DNA from: Mobula hypostoma
Taxonomy: Eukaryota
NCBI RefSeq assembly: GCF_963921235.1
Contig: NC_086101.1
Location: 30,194,001 to 30,258,000, forward strand
DNA: 64,000 nt
Direction: 5' to 3'
Shown here: positions 1 to 12,506 of the stretch, one piece after another
How positions within the stretch are numbered: the first letter of the stretch is position 1
Layout: each line of letters starts with the position of its first letter
The notes under the pieces: generated by a model
What the model saw: the letters and a program-made list of their open reading frames with translations, nothing else
Databases searched by the model: none
Told to the model about the DNA's origin: nothing
Made by a program: the position numbers and the translations under genes

Positions 1-87
1 GTCTCGGCCTGAAACGTCGACTGCGCCTCTTCCTATAGATGCTGCTTGGCCTGCTACGTTCACCAGCAACTTTGATGTATGTTGCTT
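1..87 (+). mobile_element. Penelope-like terminal repeat fragment (3' half of hammerhead motif), cut by window edge
   Basis: gtctcggcctgaaacgtcgact...gatgctgcttggcctgctacgttcaccagcaactttgatgtatgttgctt matches the PLE terminal repeat at 58303-58450 and 55451-55610. Confidence 0.85.
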
Positions 88-439
88 AAGTGTTTAAAGC
101 TGTGGTTATCTTACCCAGTCAGTAGCCAATAACTTACACATGATATGCTAAAGCCCCTCCACTATCTTCATGGTTCAAGCAGCACAAAACCATGAGGCCT
201 GATTTCTACTGTGTGTGTGAAGCCACAAATTTTTTGCTTCCACGTATGTAGTGTGCACTGTCTATAAAATACACTGCAGTCATTTGCCTAGGCTACTCTA
301 GCAACAAGAAGCAAATATATGACCAGTACAACCATGTACGATGAAGGCATAGAATATAGCATGTTACAGTAGAGACCATGCACTACAGCTCATGATGTTG
401 AGTGCCAGTTTTAACCTACTCCATCATCAACCTTGCCCT

Positions 440-1190
440 TCCCTGTAACATAGCCCCACGTTTTCCTATCACATGTGCCTATCTAGGATACTTTTAATTA
501 TCCTTAATGTATCTACCTCTAGTACCACTCCATGACAGCATATTCCATGTAATCAACGACTCCTTTATAAAGATCACAAAGAGCAGATATCCTAAAACAG
601 TTTCCTGCAGGAAATTATTGGTCACCAGCCTCAGGACAGAATATGCTTCATCTACAGTGACTTATTGTCTTCTATTGGCAAGCCAATTTTGTATCCAAAC
701 AGACCGGCTTCCCTGTATCCCATGCTTCCAGACTTTCTGAACAAGCCTACAATTTGGAACCTTATCAACTGCTTTACTAAAATCCATAAGCATCCTATCT
801 ACTGCTCTGCCTTCTCAATGTGCTTTGTCACAACTCCAAAAAATTCAATCAGCTTTGTGAGGTATGACCTGCTCCTCATAAACCCATGTGTCTCCAAATA
901 CTCATCCTATATCTCAGAACATTTTCCAAAGGCCTGTCCACATCAGATGTCAAACTCACTAGTCTATAACTTCCAGGGTTATCTGTACTCCCTTTCTTGA
1001 ACAAAAGAATATTTGCCAAGCCTCCCTCATCTCGTCCTATTACTGCTTCCAGTGAGCACGCAAAAACATCACAAAAAGTGTATCAATCTCCTCCTTCATT
1101 TCCCATAGTAACCTGGGGTATACCACCATCCAGCCCCAGGGACTTATCTATCCCAAAGTTCTTCAGAAGTTCCAGTGATTTCACTTAATA
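440..1190 (-). mobile_element. degenerate CR1 LINE RT/3' fragment
   Basis: Same antisense signature as other minus-strand CR1 copies here (ggaaccttatcaactgctttactaaaatccat; tcaatcagctttgtgaggtatgacct); ORF 665-1000 is its antisense frame. Confidence 0.7.
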
Positions 1191-1846
1191 TGAGTATGGT
1201 CAGACATATCATCATGTCCTTGCACTACCCTCACAATCATCAAGTTGCCTCTCACTGGTGAATGCAGAAACAAAAAATTCATTAAGAAGCTCCTATCAAA
1301 CATACATTGATCATAATTCATACTCATTTGTAAGGAGAAATGCAATAAAACAAACAAGAACACAAAGTCCATGCTAGCACAACATTATGAAAATTAATTC
1401 TAATTTTACATCTTAATTTTTGCATTCTACTATGAAGTTGATTTGATTACACTACAACTTGCCAATATACACCCTATCCACTGTATTACTTTAACACATT
1501 GTTTCAGACGCAGGTTCCTTTCAAACTAATCACAAAATTGAGTTTTTGATCATTGTTCTTCAAATTATACTTTTATATCAAGCATTTAATTGATCCTCTC
1601 TGATTATAAGCACTTAACCCTTTGCTGTCAGCTTCATGCTTTGTTCTGCAATGTGTTGTTTGCAGAGACCTGTTCTGCAAAGTCTATGGAGAAGAGAAGT
1701 TATCCTTTATAAAATAATGCACTGTATACATAGTTCAAGGGAATGCCAGGCTTCTAAAACAACATATAACCTACTTATTTGGAACAATGCCATATCTGCA
1801 AAGCTTATCATTATATTAGTATAATTGCAAAACTATTATTTTTCAG

Positions 1847-1954
1847 ACGGCAGTGGGAAGAAGGACAGGCACATTGGGTTGATCGGTGTATGTATTCTTT
1901 TATTGCTGAGTACTATCCTTGCAGGAATTTATTGCTGGACAAAGAAGAGAAGCG
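1847..1954 (+). CDS. transmembrane exon of a type I membrane protein
   Basis: tattatttttcag|AC...AGCG|gtaaga; 108 nt, phase 1-1; encodes (D)GSGKKDRHIGLIGVCILLLLSTILAGIYCWTKKRS, a ~21-aa hydrophobic helix followed by a basic stop-transfer KKR. Confidence 0.8.
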
Positions 1955-3983
1955 GTAAGATGAAATTGCTAATGAAACCATTGACTTTGAAGAAAATGAT
2001 CAATCCCAAGTAGAATAATAGAGTAGATGATGAGAATCTGTTACTGAAATGCCCAAACTGCACACTGCTATCATGCAACCTTTGTACTTTTGGTATATTT
2101 TTCCCACAATCAGATATTTGAAAACTATTTATGTAGATGTAGAGTATCTGAAAATAATGCAGTTCATTACATTAATATATTTGAAGGACCCTTGGATATG
2201 CAAATGATATAAAATGGAAGTCTAGAGGTTGTGTGGGAGGAATAGGTTATATTGATATGGAGTAGATTTTTATATATTTATATTGTGTTCTAGGGCCTAT
2301 ACTGTTCTGCACACTTCTAGAAACATAATGAATTCACCTGCATGATATCCCAAAAATGAATTTGAAAACTGCATAATTCTGTAAAGAAAGGCACAAGAAA
2401 CAAACTGCTGGTGTAATGCTGAGTTAGGCATCATCTGTGGAGGCAAAGTAGTGGTTCACATTTCATATAATTTAGTTCACATTTAAGGTCAAGACAGCAT
2501 CAGTGCTGAGAGTGTAAAGAAGGAATATTGAGGTTTACTACTGACCTATCTATACTGCAAAGGTGTGCTTGTTAGAGAATGTACAGTAAAGGCTTACCCT
2601 ATTGGCTGCTGGTACTCTAGATTGTGCTGAGGAGATTCCAAAGGAAGTTGTTGGACATGGACTGTCTCAGTTATGAGGAGAGACTGAACTTCATTTCACT
2701 TGTAGCACAGGGGATTTCAGTTGTATCAAATGTACAAACTTATAAGGCTCAAACACAAAGCAAATATTAAGAGCCCATTTCCATTACAGAGGTACCCAAG
2801 ACCACAAGGGGTATCCACATGGCAGATGGACTAGATGGATAGAGGACCTTTGTTTCTCTGCTGAAGGTCTATATGACTCCTTTAGAACAGGGAATTGGGA
2901 CTTATACTGTGCATCTGGACTGACAAGGTGCTCCAGCACCCTGTCTCTCACATGCTTTAACCAAATGGTTTCACAACAGGATGATTAGTTTAAAATAGCC
3001 ACTGGTTATACATACCAGAATTAGTGCTGGAGATTTGCATAGAAGTGTAGGAATACATTTCAAAGTTCATGGTTTTGTTTACTGGACACTTACAAATATA
3101 GAGAGACCAATCTCATCATTTAAGAAGGATTAAATACAGTAAAATATGAACGAAGTTGATGGGTATTTGCACATGAAGAGAGTAATGCCACTATGAGGGA
3201 TTGGATTCTACGGTCTAACAGTACTTCAATTACCATCAAGATATCAACTGATTTTATGAATACATAAATAAGCTCATGGTTCTGCTTCCAGTAGGAATTT
3301 CAGTTGACGTCAATCTGAGGTCTGTGCTGATGAGGATGTTGCCAATCACTGTGGAAGTCAAATAAAATTATTTTTACTTGTGAATGATATTGGTTTGGAA
3401 GAGAGGATTCATGAAAGCCTTACAGAATCTGAATGTTTATTATCACTTGCACATATTGTGAAATTTGTCATTTTGCAGGTATGGTGCTGTGTGAGATATA
3501 GACCTTACTTTAAAATGCAAAAGCAAATACTGCAAGAGACAAACAATGAGGCAGCATTCTTAGGTTCGTAGACCATTTAGACACCTGGTGGGGATGTAGA
3601 AGTTTTTCTTTAAATGTTGAGTATTAATCTTCAGGCTATTGCACCTCTTTCGGTGGTAATAATATGAATAGGGCATGTCTGGATGGTGAGTTCCCTTAAT
3701 GATAGATCTGAATCAGAATCAGGTTTCTTATCATCAGCATGTGCCGTGAAATTTGTTAACTGAGCAACAGCAGTTCAATGCAATGCATATTCTAGTAGAG
3801 AGACAATAATAATAATAAATAAAATAAAAATATTAATAAACAAGTAAATCAATTATGTATATTGAATAGATTTAAAAGAATGTGCAAAAACAGAAATACT
3901 GTATATTAAAAAAGTGAGGTAGTGTCCATAGCTTCAATGTCCATTTAGGAATCGGATGGCCGAGGGGAAGAAGCTGTTCCTGA

Positions 3984-4177
3984 TTTGCTAACACGAGGAA
4001 ATCTGCAGATGCTGGAATTTCAAGCAACACACACAAAAAATGCTGGTGAACACAGCAGGCCAGGCAGCATGAATAGGAAGAGGTACAGTCGACGTTTCGG
4101 GACTTTCAGTTAGTCCTGATGAAGGGTCTCGGCCTGAAACGTCGACTGTACATCTTCCTATAGATGCTGCCTGGCCT
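3984..4177. mobile_element. palindromic non-autonomous PLE derivative with one intact hammerhead motif
   Basis: Inverted arms (gcaggccaggcagcat...gtacagtcgacgtttc / gaaacgtcgactgtac...atgctgcctggcct); flanked by CCTGA at 3979-3983 and 4178-4182. Confidence 0.8.
4112..4147 (+). ncRNA. minimal type I hammerhead ribozyme motif
   Basis: agtc-CTGATGA-agg(gtctcgg)cct-GAAAC-GTC-gact: stem I agtc/gact, conserved core, stem II agg/cct, ACGT palindrome in place of stem III. Confidence 0.8.
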
Positions 4178-4934
4178 CCTGAATCACTGAGTGTGTGCCT
4201 TCAGGCTTCTGTATCTCCTACCTATGGTAACAGTAGGAAAAGGGCATGCCCTGGGTGCTGGGGGTCCTTAATAATGGACACTGCCTTTCTGAGTCACTGC
4301 TCCCTAAAGATGTCCTGGGTACTTTGTAGCCTAGTGCCCAAGATGGAGCTGACTAGATTTACAACCTTCTGCAGCTTCTTTTTGTCCTGTGCAGTAGCCT
4401 CTCCATACCAGACAGAGATGCAGCCTGTCAGAATGTTCTCCACGGTACAACTATAGAAGTTTTTGAGTGTATTTTTTGACATGCCATATGTCTTCAAACT
4501 CCTAATAAAGTATAGCCGCTGTCTTGCCTTCTTTATAACTACATCAGTATGTTAGGACCAGTTTAGATCCTCAGATATCTTGACACCCAGGAACTTGAAC
4601 CTGCTCTCTCTCTCCACTTCTGATCCCTCTATGAGGATTGGTATAAAGTTCACAATCAGCTCTTTCGTCTTACTGCTGTTGAGTGTCAGGTTGTTGCTGT
4701 GCACCTCTCCACTAGTTGGCATATCTCACTCCTGTATGCCCTCTCATCACCATCTGAGATTCTACCAACAATGGTTGTATCATCAGCAAATTTATAGATG
4801 GTATTTGAGTTATGCCTAGACACACAGACATGTGTATACTGAGAGTAGAGCAGTGAGATGGGTTGTCTAGTTGAGTGGTTTTGCAACACACCCCTGAGAT
4901 GCGCCAGTGTGAATTGTCAGCGAGGAGGATCAAC

Positions 4935-5300
4935 CTGTGTGCTATCCATCAGAGACAAGCAAAAAGTTACACAAGGCTGTAGCGGCATGCCAAAGCTCTT
5001 CAGATTGCTAATAAGGTGGAGCTGTTGCATGCTTTCTTCAAGACTGTATCAATGTATTCAGTGAAGAATAGATCCACTGAGATGTTGACACTGAGGAGCT
5101 GCTGCTCACCATTTCCATCAGTGAAAGGGTGCTGCAAGAGCTAGAGCACGTACACCCAACTTTCACTTAAGTCTGCAATCAGTTCTTTGGTCTTTCTGTT
5201 GCTCACCAAAAGGATGTTGCAAAACCACTCAACTAGACAACCCATCTCACTCCCCTATGTCTCCTTGTTTCCATCTGAGATTCTCCATAGTAGTGCCATG
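4935..5300 (-). mobile_element. older Rex1-like LINE fragment
   Basis: Minus strand near 5215-5290 reads as a degenerate copy of the DGDERAYRSEI..LVEW motif region seen in the neighbouring Rex1-like copy. Confidence 0.55.
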
Positions 5301-5629
5301 ACCAGAAATTTCATATTAGCTATGACTGATTATGTTGTCAGGAAGTAAATTTGATAAAGTAATTTCAGATCGAGATCTGCAGTGTTGAGGCAGATCATTC
5401 TTTCTCAGCACAAGGATCTATAGAGCAGATTTCAGATTTAAGTTTATTAATTGCATGTACATCGAGCATAGTCTGATATGTGATATGTCAGGGTAGATTG
5501 ACAAATGTTGAAATTTACCACACCTGCTAAAGTAAAAACTGTCTGAATTTCTTTGTAATTTATCACATCACTCTGAAGTATTTTTGTATTCCAGAGTGCA
5601 AGAGGTTCTCTTTAGTTTTATCATTTATT

Positions 5630-6229
5630 TTGGAATATAAAAACAAGGATGTAATCTTGAGATGTTACACAATACTGGTGAGGCCTCACTTGCAGCACTC
5701 TGTGCAGTTTTGGGTCCCTCGTCTTGGAGAGGATGTGCTGAAACTGGATTAAATGAAAATGATTCGAGGATTAAACACCTTGTCATATGAAGAGCATTAA
5801 TGGCTTGGGGCCTCTATTCACTGGAATTTAGTATAGTGAGGGGTGACTTAATTGAAAACTATTGAACGTGGAAAGGCTGTGATAGCATGGATGCGGAAAG
5901 AATGTTTCCTATGGTGGGAGTGACTAAGACCAGAGGGCACTGCCTCAAAATAGAGGGGTGTCCTTTTAGAATGGAGATGAGGAGGAATTTCTTTAGCCAG
6001 AGAGTGCTGAACGTGTGGAATTCGTTGCCACAGGCAGCTGGTGAGAACAAAGCTTTACGTATATTTAAGGCAAAGGCTGAAGATTCTTGAGTGGTCAGTG
6101 TATGAAGGGATATGGGGGAAGGCTGGAGGATAGGACTGAGAAAAAAAAATGAATGGGCCATGATGAATTGGTGGAGTAGAATCAATGGGCCAAATAGCCT
6201 AATTCTGCTCCTATATCTTATGGTCTTAC
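5630..6229 (+). mobile_element. CR1 LINE 3' end
   Basis: ORF 5887-6090 RMFPMVGVTKTRGHCLKI...RRNFFSQRVLNVWNSLP; ends in aattctgctcctatatcttatggtctta tail. Confidence 0.85.
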
Positions 6230-6249
6230 TATAGTATCAAAGGGGGTGG

Positions 6250-6965
6250 AGAATCAGCATACAGAATAGAGAGATTGAAAAAAGATGGCTGAGTGGTGTA
6301 ATAATAACAACCTCTCATTCAATGCCAATAAGATCAAGGAACTGGTTGTAGACTCCAGGAGAGGGGAACCAGAGGTCCATGAACTGGTAATCATTGGGAG
6401 ATCAGTAACTTTAAATTCCTGGTTATTACTATCTCAGATGATCTTCCCCTGGACCTATCATATCACTATTATTGTTAAGAAAGTACAAACACACTTCTAC
6501 TTCCTCAGGAGTCTGGGGAGGTTTGGCATGTCATTGGTAAATTTCTATAGATGTGTGGTGGAAAGTGTACTGACTGGCTGCATTATGGCCCTGTATGGGA
6601 ACACAAATGCCTTTTGAGCAGAATATCCTACAAAGGTAATGGATTCGGCCCAGTATATCATGGGTAAATCCCTCCCAACCACTGAGCATATCTGCATGAA
6701 ACATTGCCATAGGAAAACAGCAAAGATTCTCACTATGCTGGTCATGCTCTTTTCCCACAGCTGCCATCAGGTAGAAGGTAGAGGTGCTTCAGAACTTGCA
6801 CCACCCAGGTTCAAGAACAGTTACCACCTCTCAGCCACCAGGCTCTTGAACAGAAGTGCATAGCTACACTCATTTAAGGACTCTGTTACTTTGTTATATT
6901 GATGGATGTTATATTGTTATTTCATGCTTGTTATAATATTGCTATTTATTCATATCTGTATTTGC
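6250..6965 (+). mobile_element. Rex1/Babar-like LINE 3' fragment
   Basis: ORF 6285-6617 EWCNNNNLSFNANKIKELVVD...FYRCVVESVLTGCIMALYGN. Confidence 0.8.
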
Positions 6966-6971
6966 ATAATT

Positions 6972-9065
6972 TAGACCATAAGATATAGGAGCAGAAGTAG
7001 TCCTTTCATCCATTGAGTCTGCTCCACCATTTAATCATGGGCTGATCCAATTCTTCCAGTCATTCCCACTCCCCTGACTTATCAAGAACGTATCTATCTC
7101 TCAATTAAATGCACCCAAAGACTTGGCCTACACAGCTGACTCGTGACAACAAATTTCACAGGTTTACCACCCTCTGACGAATGTAATTTCTCCGCATCTC
7201 TGTTCTAAATGGACGTCCTTCAGTCCTGAAGTTGGGCCCTCTTGTCCTAGCCTCCCCTACCACAGGAAATAACAATATATAACATATCTAATCTGTTTAG
7301 GTCTTTTAATATTTGGAATGTTTCTCTGAGATTCCACCATGGGGCCCCCCCCCCCCCCCAGTTCTCCTGAACTGCAGGGAATACAGCCCAAGAGCTGCCA
7401 GGTGTTCCTCATACAGTAACCCTTTCATTCCTGCAATCATTCTTGTGAATCTTCTCTGAAACTTCTCCAATGTCAGTATATCCTTTCTAAAATACGGAGT
7501 CCAAATCTGCACACAATACTCCGAAAGTGGTCTCACGAGTGCCTCATAGAGCCTCAAAATCACATCCCTGCTCTTATCTTCTATATCTGTATAAATGAAT
7601 GTGAACATTGCATTTGCCTTCTTCACCACCAACTCAATCTGGAGGTTAACCTTTAGGGTATCCTGTACAAGGGTTCCAAGTCCCTTCACATCTCTGCATG
7701 TTGAATTCTCTCCCCATCTAAATAATTGTCAGGCCATTTATTTCTTCCACCAAAGTGCATGACCATGCACTTTCCAACATTGTATTTCATTTGCCACTTC
7801 TGCCCATTCCCCTAAACTATCTAAGTCTCTGTGTGGGCTCTGTTTCATCAACACTACCCGATCATCCACCTGTCTGTATCATTGGAAAATTTAGCCACAA
7901 ATCCATTAATCTCATCATCCAAATCATTGACATAAATCATAAAAAACAATGGTCCCAACACTGACACCCTTAGAACTCCACTGGTAGCTGGCAGCCAGTC
8001 AGAATAGGATCCTTTTATTCCCTCTCTCTGTCTTCTACCGATCTGCCAATGCTCCACCCATGTGTTCTTATCTTGCTAAGCAGCCTTATGTGCGGCACCT
8101 TTTCAAAGGCCGTTTGAAAATCCAAGTACACCACATCAATAACATTTCCTTTGACTACCATGCTTGTAATTTCCTCAAAATATTGAAATAGATTAGTCAG
8201 GCAGGATATTCCTTTCAGGAAACTATGCTGGTTTTGGCCTATTTTGTCATATGCCTCCGATGCTCCGTAAACGCATCCCTAACAATTGATTCCAACAAAT
8301 TGCCAACCACTGATGTCAGGCGAGTTTATGTCCAGTATACCACAGACATCACACTGTTGCAAAGTATGCATTCAGTTCCTCTGCCATCTCTACATCTCTC
8401 ATTACAATATCTCCAGTGTCATTTTCTATTGGTCCTCAACTCTCTTTTACCCTTTATATACTTAAACAAACCATTTAGTATCTTCTTTGATATTAGTTGC
8501 CAGCATCCTTTCATAATTCTTCTTTTCCTTCCTAATGACTTTCTTAGTTTCTTTCAGCAAGTTCTTAAAAGCTTCCCAATCCTCTATCTTCCCACTTGCT
8601 TTGGCTTCCTTGTATGCCCCCTCTTTTGCTTTTACTTTGGCTCTGACTTCACTTGTCAGCCAAAGTAGTGTCTTTCTTCCATTCAAAAATTTCTTCTTAT
8701 TTTGGAATATATCTGTCTTGCATTTCCCTCATTTTTTTGTAGAAACTTCAGCCATTGCTGCTCTGGTGTCCTTCCTGCTAGTGAACCTTTCCAGTCAACT
8801 TTTGCCAGTTCCCCTCTCATGGTATTGTAATTTCCTTTATTCCACTGAAATACTGTCACATTGGAATTTTGTTTCTCCTTCTCAAGTTTCAAAGTGAATT
8901 CAATCATATTGTGATCACTGTTCCCTCAGGGTTCCTTAACATTAAGCTCTTTTATCACCTCCAGATCATTGCACAACACCCAATCCAGCACAGCCGATCC
9001 CTAGTGGGGTCAACAACACGCTGTTCTAAAAAGCCATCCCTTAGACATTTTACAAATTCTCTCTG
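6972..9065 (-). mobile_element. degenerate CR1 LINE (tether/RT/3' end)
   Basis: Minus-strand ORFs 7306-7689 (RLYEALVRPLSEYCVQIW), 7854-8057 (SVLGPLFFMIYVNDLD...FVAKFSND), 8462-8907; ataagatataggagcag tail at ~6978. Confidence 0.85.
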
Positions 9066-10006
9066 ACATGCCTCTTCTATCTCCTGCTGTAATTTGTAAT
9101 GCACATCCCAGCTGCTGTTTGGAGGCCTGGGTACATTTGCCATTGGGGTCCTTTTACAGTTTACAGTGCCTGATGTTTACATTTACTACTCTATGGATTT
9201 GCTCGGTATGTCCACAGGGAAAGAATCTCAGGGATGTATGTGGTAACATGTATAGCTCAGTAAATCCTAATAGGCTTTGCTGAGCCCAGCTTGGAGATCA
9301 GATGTGACTGGAAAGGAAAGGGGAAGATGCCAGAATAAAAAGGTTGGGGGGAGTGGAGGTAGGCTAGCTAGAACTTGATAGGTAGAGTCAGATGGGTGGG
9401 AAAGATAAAGGGCTGTAGATTAAGGAATCTGCCTGGGAAGGATATGTGACTGTGCTAGCAAGTTTGGATGATGACATGGTCAAAGTGTCAAAGGGAGCGG
9501 AGATCACAGAGATAGAAGTAGCTAGAGAGGGTCTCTCTGAACTCCCATTGAAGAGTAGGTTTAAACATCTTCAGGACAGGCATCCCTTGAGACTTCACAG
9601 TGAATTAGCAAATCGTAAGCACAAGAAAATCTGCAGATGCTGGAAATCCAAGGTAAAACACAAAATTCTGGAAGAACTCAGCAAGTCAGGTAGTGTGAAT
9701 AAATTAAATAATATGAATAGTGTGAAAAAGTCAGGAAGTGAATAAATTGCCAACATTTTGGGCAGACACCTATCTTCTGGACTGAAAAGAAGGGAGAAGG
9801 CTCCAGAATAAAAAAAGTGGGTTGTGCAAAGAAGATGCTGTGCAGCTTTTAAGAGTTTTAATTAAAGATCAGTCTCCTTAGCTGCAGAATTATAAACTTT
9901 CTGTCTGCTAATTTATTTGAGAGATGCAACAGGTATCAGCTTGGCATTGTTGGATCTGGAAAGTTCCTTGGAAATCAGGAATGAGATGTAAATCTTTTGG
10001 TTGTAG

Positions 10007-10060
10007 CTGGCTTATTAAATGTTCATCATGGTGAAGGTCAGATAGAGTCAAGCATCATTA
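10007..10060 (+). CDS. candidate cytoplasmic-tail exon of the membrane protein gene
   Basis: cttttggttgtag|CT...ATCATTA|gtaagc; 54 nt, phase 1-1, open in the frame joining 1954 to 11680: (A)GLLNVHHGEGQIESSII. Confidence 0.45.
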
Positions 10061-11049
10061 GTAAGCAAGGCAGGTAAATTACAAAGGAACTGTAATTGTA
10101 ATAAGGTGAATTTAGCTGTAGCTGCCTGGTTTTAAATCCATTTCACTGTAATTTGATCCAGCTGCAATAAAGGATCATGAGCACACATCCTTTTTTTTTA
10201 ATTCTGAAACTGCTTTGGGCCAGTTTAGATAAGAAAACTGCTTTTGTAGGTACCAGTTTTATCACACCTCAGCTTTGGAGACAGGGTCCACAGAAGAATA
10301 AACTGCAATTTACTAGAGGCTTACAACAGAGAGGTGATTATAATACATATAAGAAGACAAAAGCATTTAAAACTACAAAGACCTTAATCCAATAGCAGTT
10401 TTATTACTGACTGAAATTAATTTACAGTAATCTATGATACAGCTCTAATATGACTTGTATCCATGGCAGCTTGGACTGAGAGCCAAGTCATATGTTGGCT
10501 CTGAAAAGTTTTGTCCTGAAGCTCTGAAAAATTTGGCAGATGGTTGTTCAGAAATCTTGCTAGCCTGTAATTTGGCTCACTCATAAATTTTTCATACGTT
10601 TCAAGAGTTAGGAGTGTTCTGATATTTTCTACTCCCTTTTGAGCTCATTGGGTTCATTGACCAACACACACAATGTGGTGGAGGATCTCAGCCGATCTGG
10701 TAGAATCCATGGAAATGAATAAAGAGACAATGTTTCGTGCCAAGATCCGTCATTGCTTTCATTGTCTAGTGTAAAACATTTTGCAAAATGTGAATTAAAT
10801 GTGGGTTTGAAGTTGTATCCAATAGTCTGGAAAATCAGTGGCTCCAGTGTAGCCAAAGTCTTGAGCGTGCCAGATTGTTAGACATTTAATGCTGATGAAA
10901 CAGTAAATTTTATTAGTGATTTCTTGCCTATGAGAACTTTGTTATTTGCAGGATTGAAATTTATAGGAATCAAAATTGGCAAGGAATTGGCTCTCACTTT
11001 TCACCCTAGTGTTAAAGTTCATTGTATTGAATACTGCAGTATAAAATCG

Positions 11050-11260
11050 AATGCGTGAAGTGCAAATTTTATTGAAATACTTTTGCATCAGCTGAAAAAT
11101 TCATGTTTGAGCGCTGTGACTGCAAGCAATTTTCTATATTACAAGAAAGATGATAAAAAAAACATCGAAGACAACTACATTGACCCTTGAATTCAACTAT
11201 TATTGATGACTTGAAACCAGATATTGCCAAAATAGTGAAGCTGACAAAAATGTATAGGAG
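11050..11260 (+). mobile_element. possible hAT transposase C-terminal relic
   Basis: Degenerate translation CDCKQFSIL..**KKHRRQL...DLKPDIAKIV resembles the hAT dimerisation-domain end; contains stops. Confidence 0.3.
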
Positions 11261-11679
11261 TGAAGCTAGTGTTCAAGTACAACCCACCAAACAAATGGAA
11301 TGAGATATTGAGATCTGATTAAGATCATTACAGGTTGACACTCAGTTAAATTCTCCATATTTCATAGAACTGTCTATTATTTAGGCCTGGCTGTGTGATT
11401 GTGCTGTTTTAATTTATTTACAATATTGTAGATTGTAAATCACTTCAAACAATTTATATAATTTTCATGGCATTATTCCTTTTGCCTTGGGTTGGGGAAA
11501 GACAAGTTTGTTGAATATTTAATTTAAACTGTATTAAGAGTATAAAAGGAAGATGGATACTTTAATAGTGACATGTGAGATGAAGGAAAATCAGAAGAGA
11601 TAAGCAACTGTCATCTTTCTCAGTGTTTTGCTCTAGTCTAACATTTCTAGCTTGTCTAATATTTGGCTTCACTCCTCAG

Positions 11680-11749
11680 ATTATGAAAACATTCGAGCAC
11701 ATCGGAATGTGAACTGCTGATCAGTTGCTGAACAAGCTACATCTCACAT
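11680..11749 (+). CDS. candidate last coding exon (xYENIRAHRNVNC*) of the membrane protein gene
   Basis: ggcttcactcctcag|AT TAT GAA AAC ATT...TGC TGA (stop ends 11720), strong donor cat|gtaagt at 11750; phase 1 start matches upstream exons. Confidence 0.55.
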
Positions 11750-11856
11750 GTAAGTTGGAATGTAGGAACTGAAGAATATGGAACAATTTAAATTAAACTT
11801 CCAGAACATTGCAGACTTTTTCATCAATTGTGTTCTGCTCTTGTGTAAAATAGTAC

Positions 11857-12503
11857 TGTAGTGCCCTAGTTCACACCTTTACTGTTATGTTGTAGGTATT
11901 TCATTTAGCAGCTCTGTAAGAGCAGTGTGTTTTGCTTTCAGCCTCTCTGAGTTACTGGGTGAATTAAAGGGATGATGTGGAATGTGGGCCATCCAATTAA
12001 TGGAAGGTTTTTCTTGGAGAGGGGTTTTTCTTGTCTTGGGCTTTTGTTTGAGGGGAAATGAAGAGAGAAGATGCTGGAGAGGACCGGTCGTAGCATACGA
12101 TCCATTGGGAGACCCGTTTGTTTGAGATGGGTTGTGAGCAACATTTGGAAGGTGATGTGTGCTTCACATTGACCATCAGCCCAGCGCGCGAGTGACACGG
12201 AAGTTTAAGATGAGCTCCAACTTGTACACACTTGACTGTTTAATAAGAATAGGCCCTTGTCTTTTACTTATTCTTTACTAACTCTTTAGTTAAGATTCAT
12301 AAATGTTTACTTTAATTGTATGCAGCGTGCTGTCTGTTATTTCATGGCATTAATATGTAACAGGGTAGGGAGTCACACAGCATCCACACAAACGGGGGGT
12401 TTGGGGGGGTGGGGGAGGCAGGCTTGCAACTCAATCTCACATGTTTACTGGGGCCGGAGCCTGACTTCCCTGGACTTATACAGTCGAGGAAATCAGTGTT
12501 TCA
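11857..12503 (+). repeat. 5' LTR
   Basis: Starts tgtagtgccct, ends agtgtttca; collinear with 13900-14535 and 20638-21191. Confidence 0.85.
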
Positions 12504-12506
12504 TTG

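Larger units (their letters stand above)
3710..4931 (-). mobile_element. Rex1/Babar-like LINE 3' part, interrupted by PLE-derived insert at 3984-4177
   Basis: ORFs 4294-4497 (KNFYSCTVENILTGCISVWYG...KLQKVV) and 4686-4889 (KFADDTTIVGRISDGDERAYRSEI); host sequence resumes across the insert (gttcctga|atcactgagtg). Confidence 0.8.

Noticed and set aside
5409-5441. Extra 33-nt phase 1-1 tail exon candidate (AQGSIEQISDL)
   Set aside because: Good acceptor but weak donor (gtttat); unsupported without RNA data
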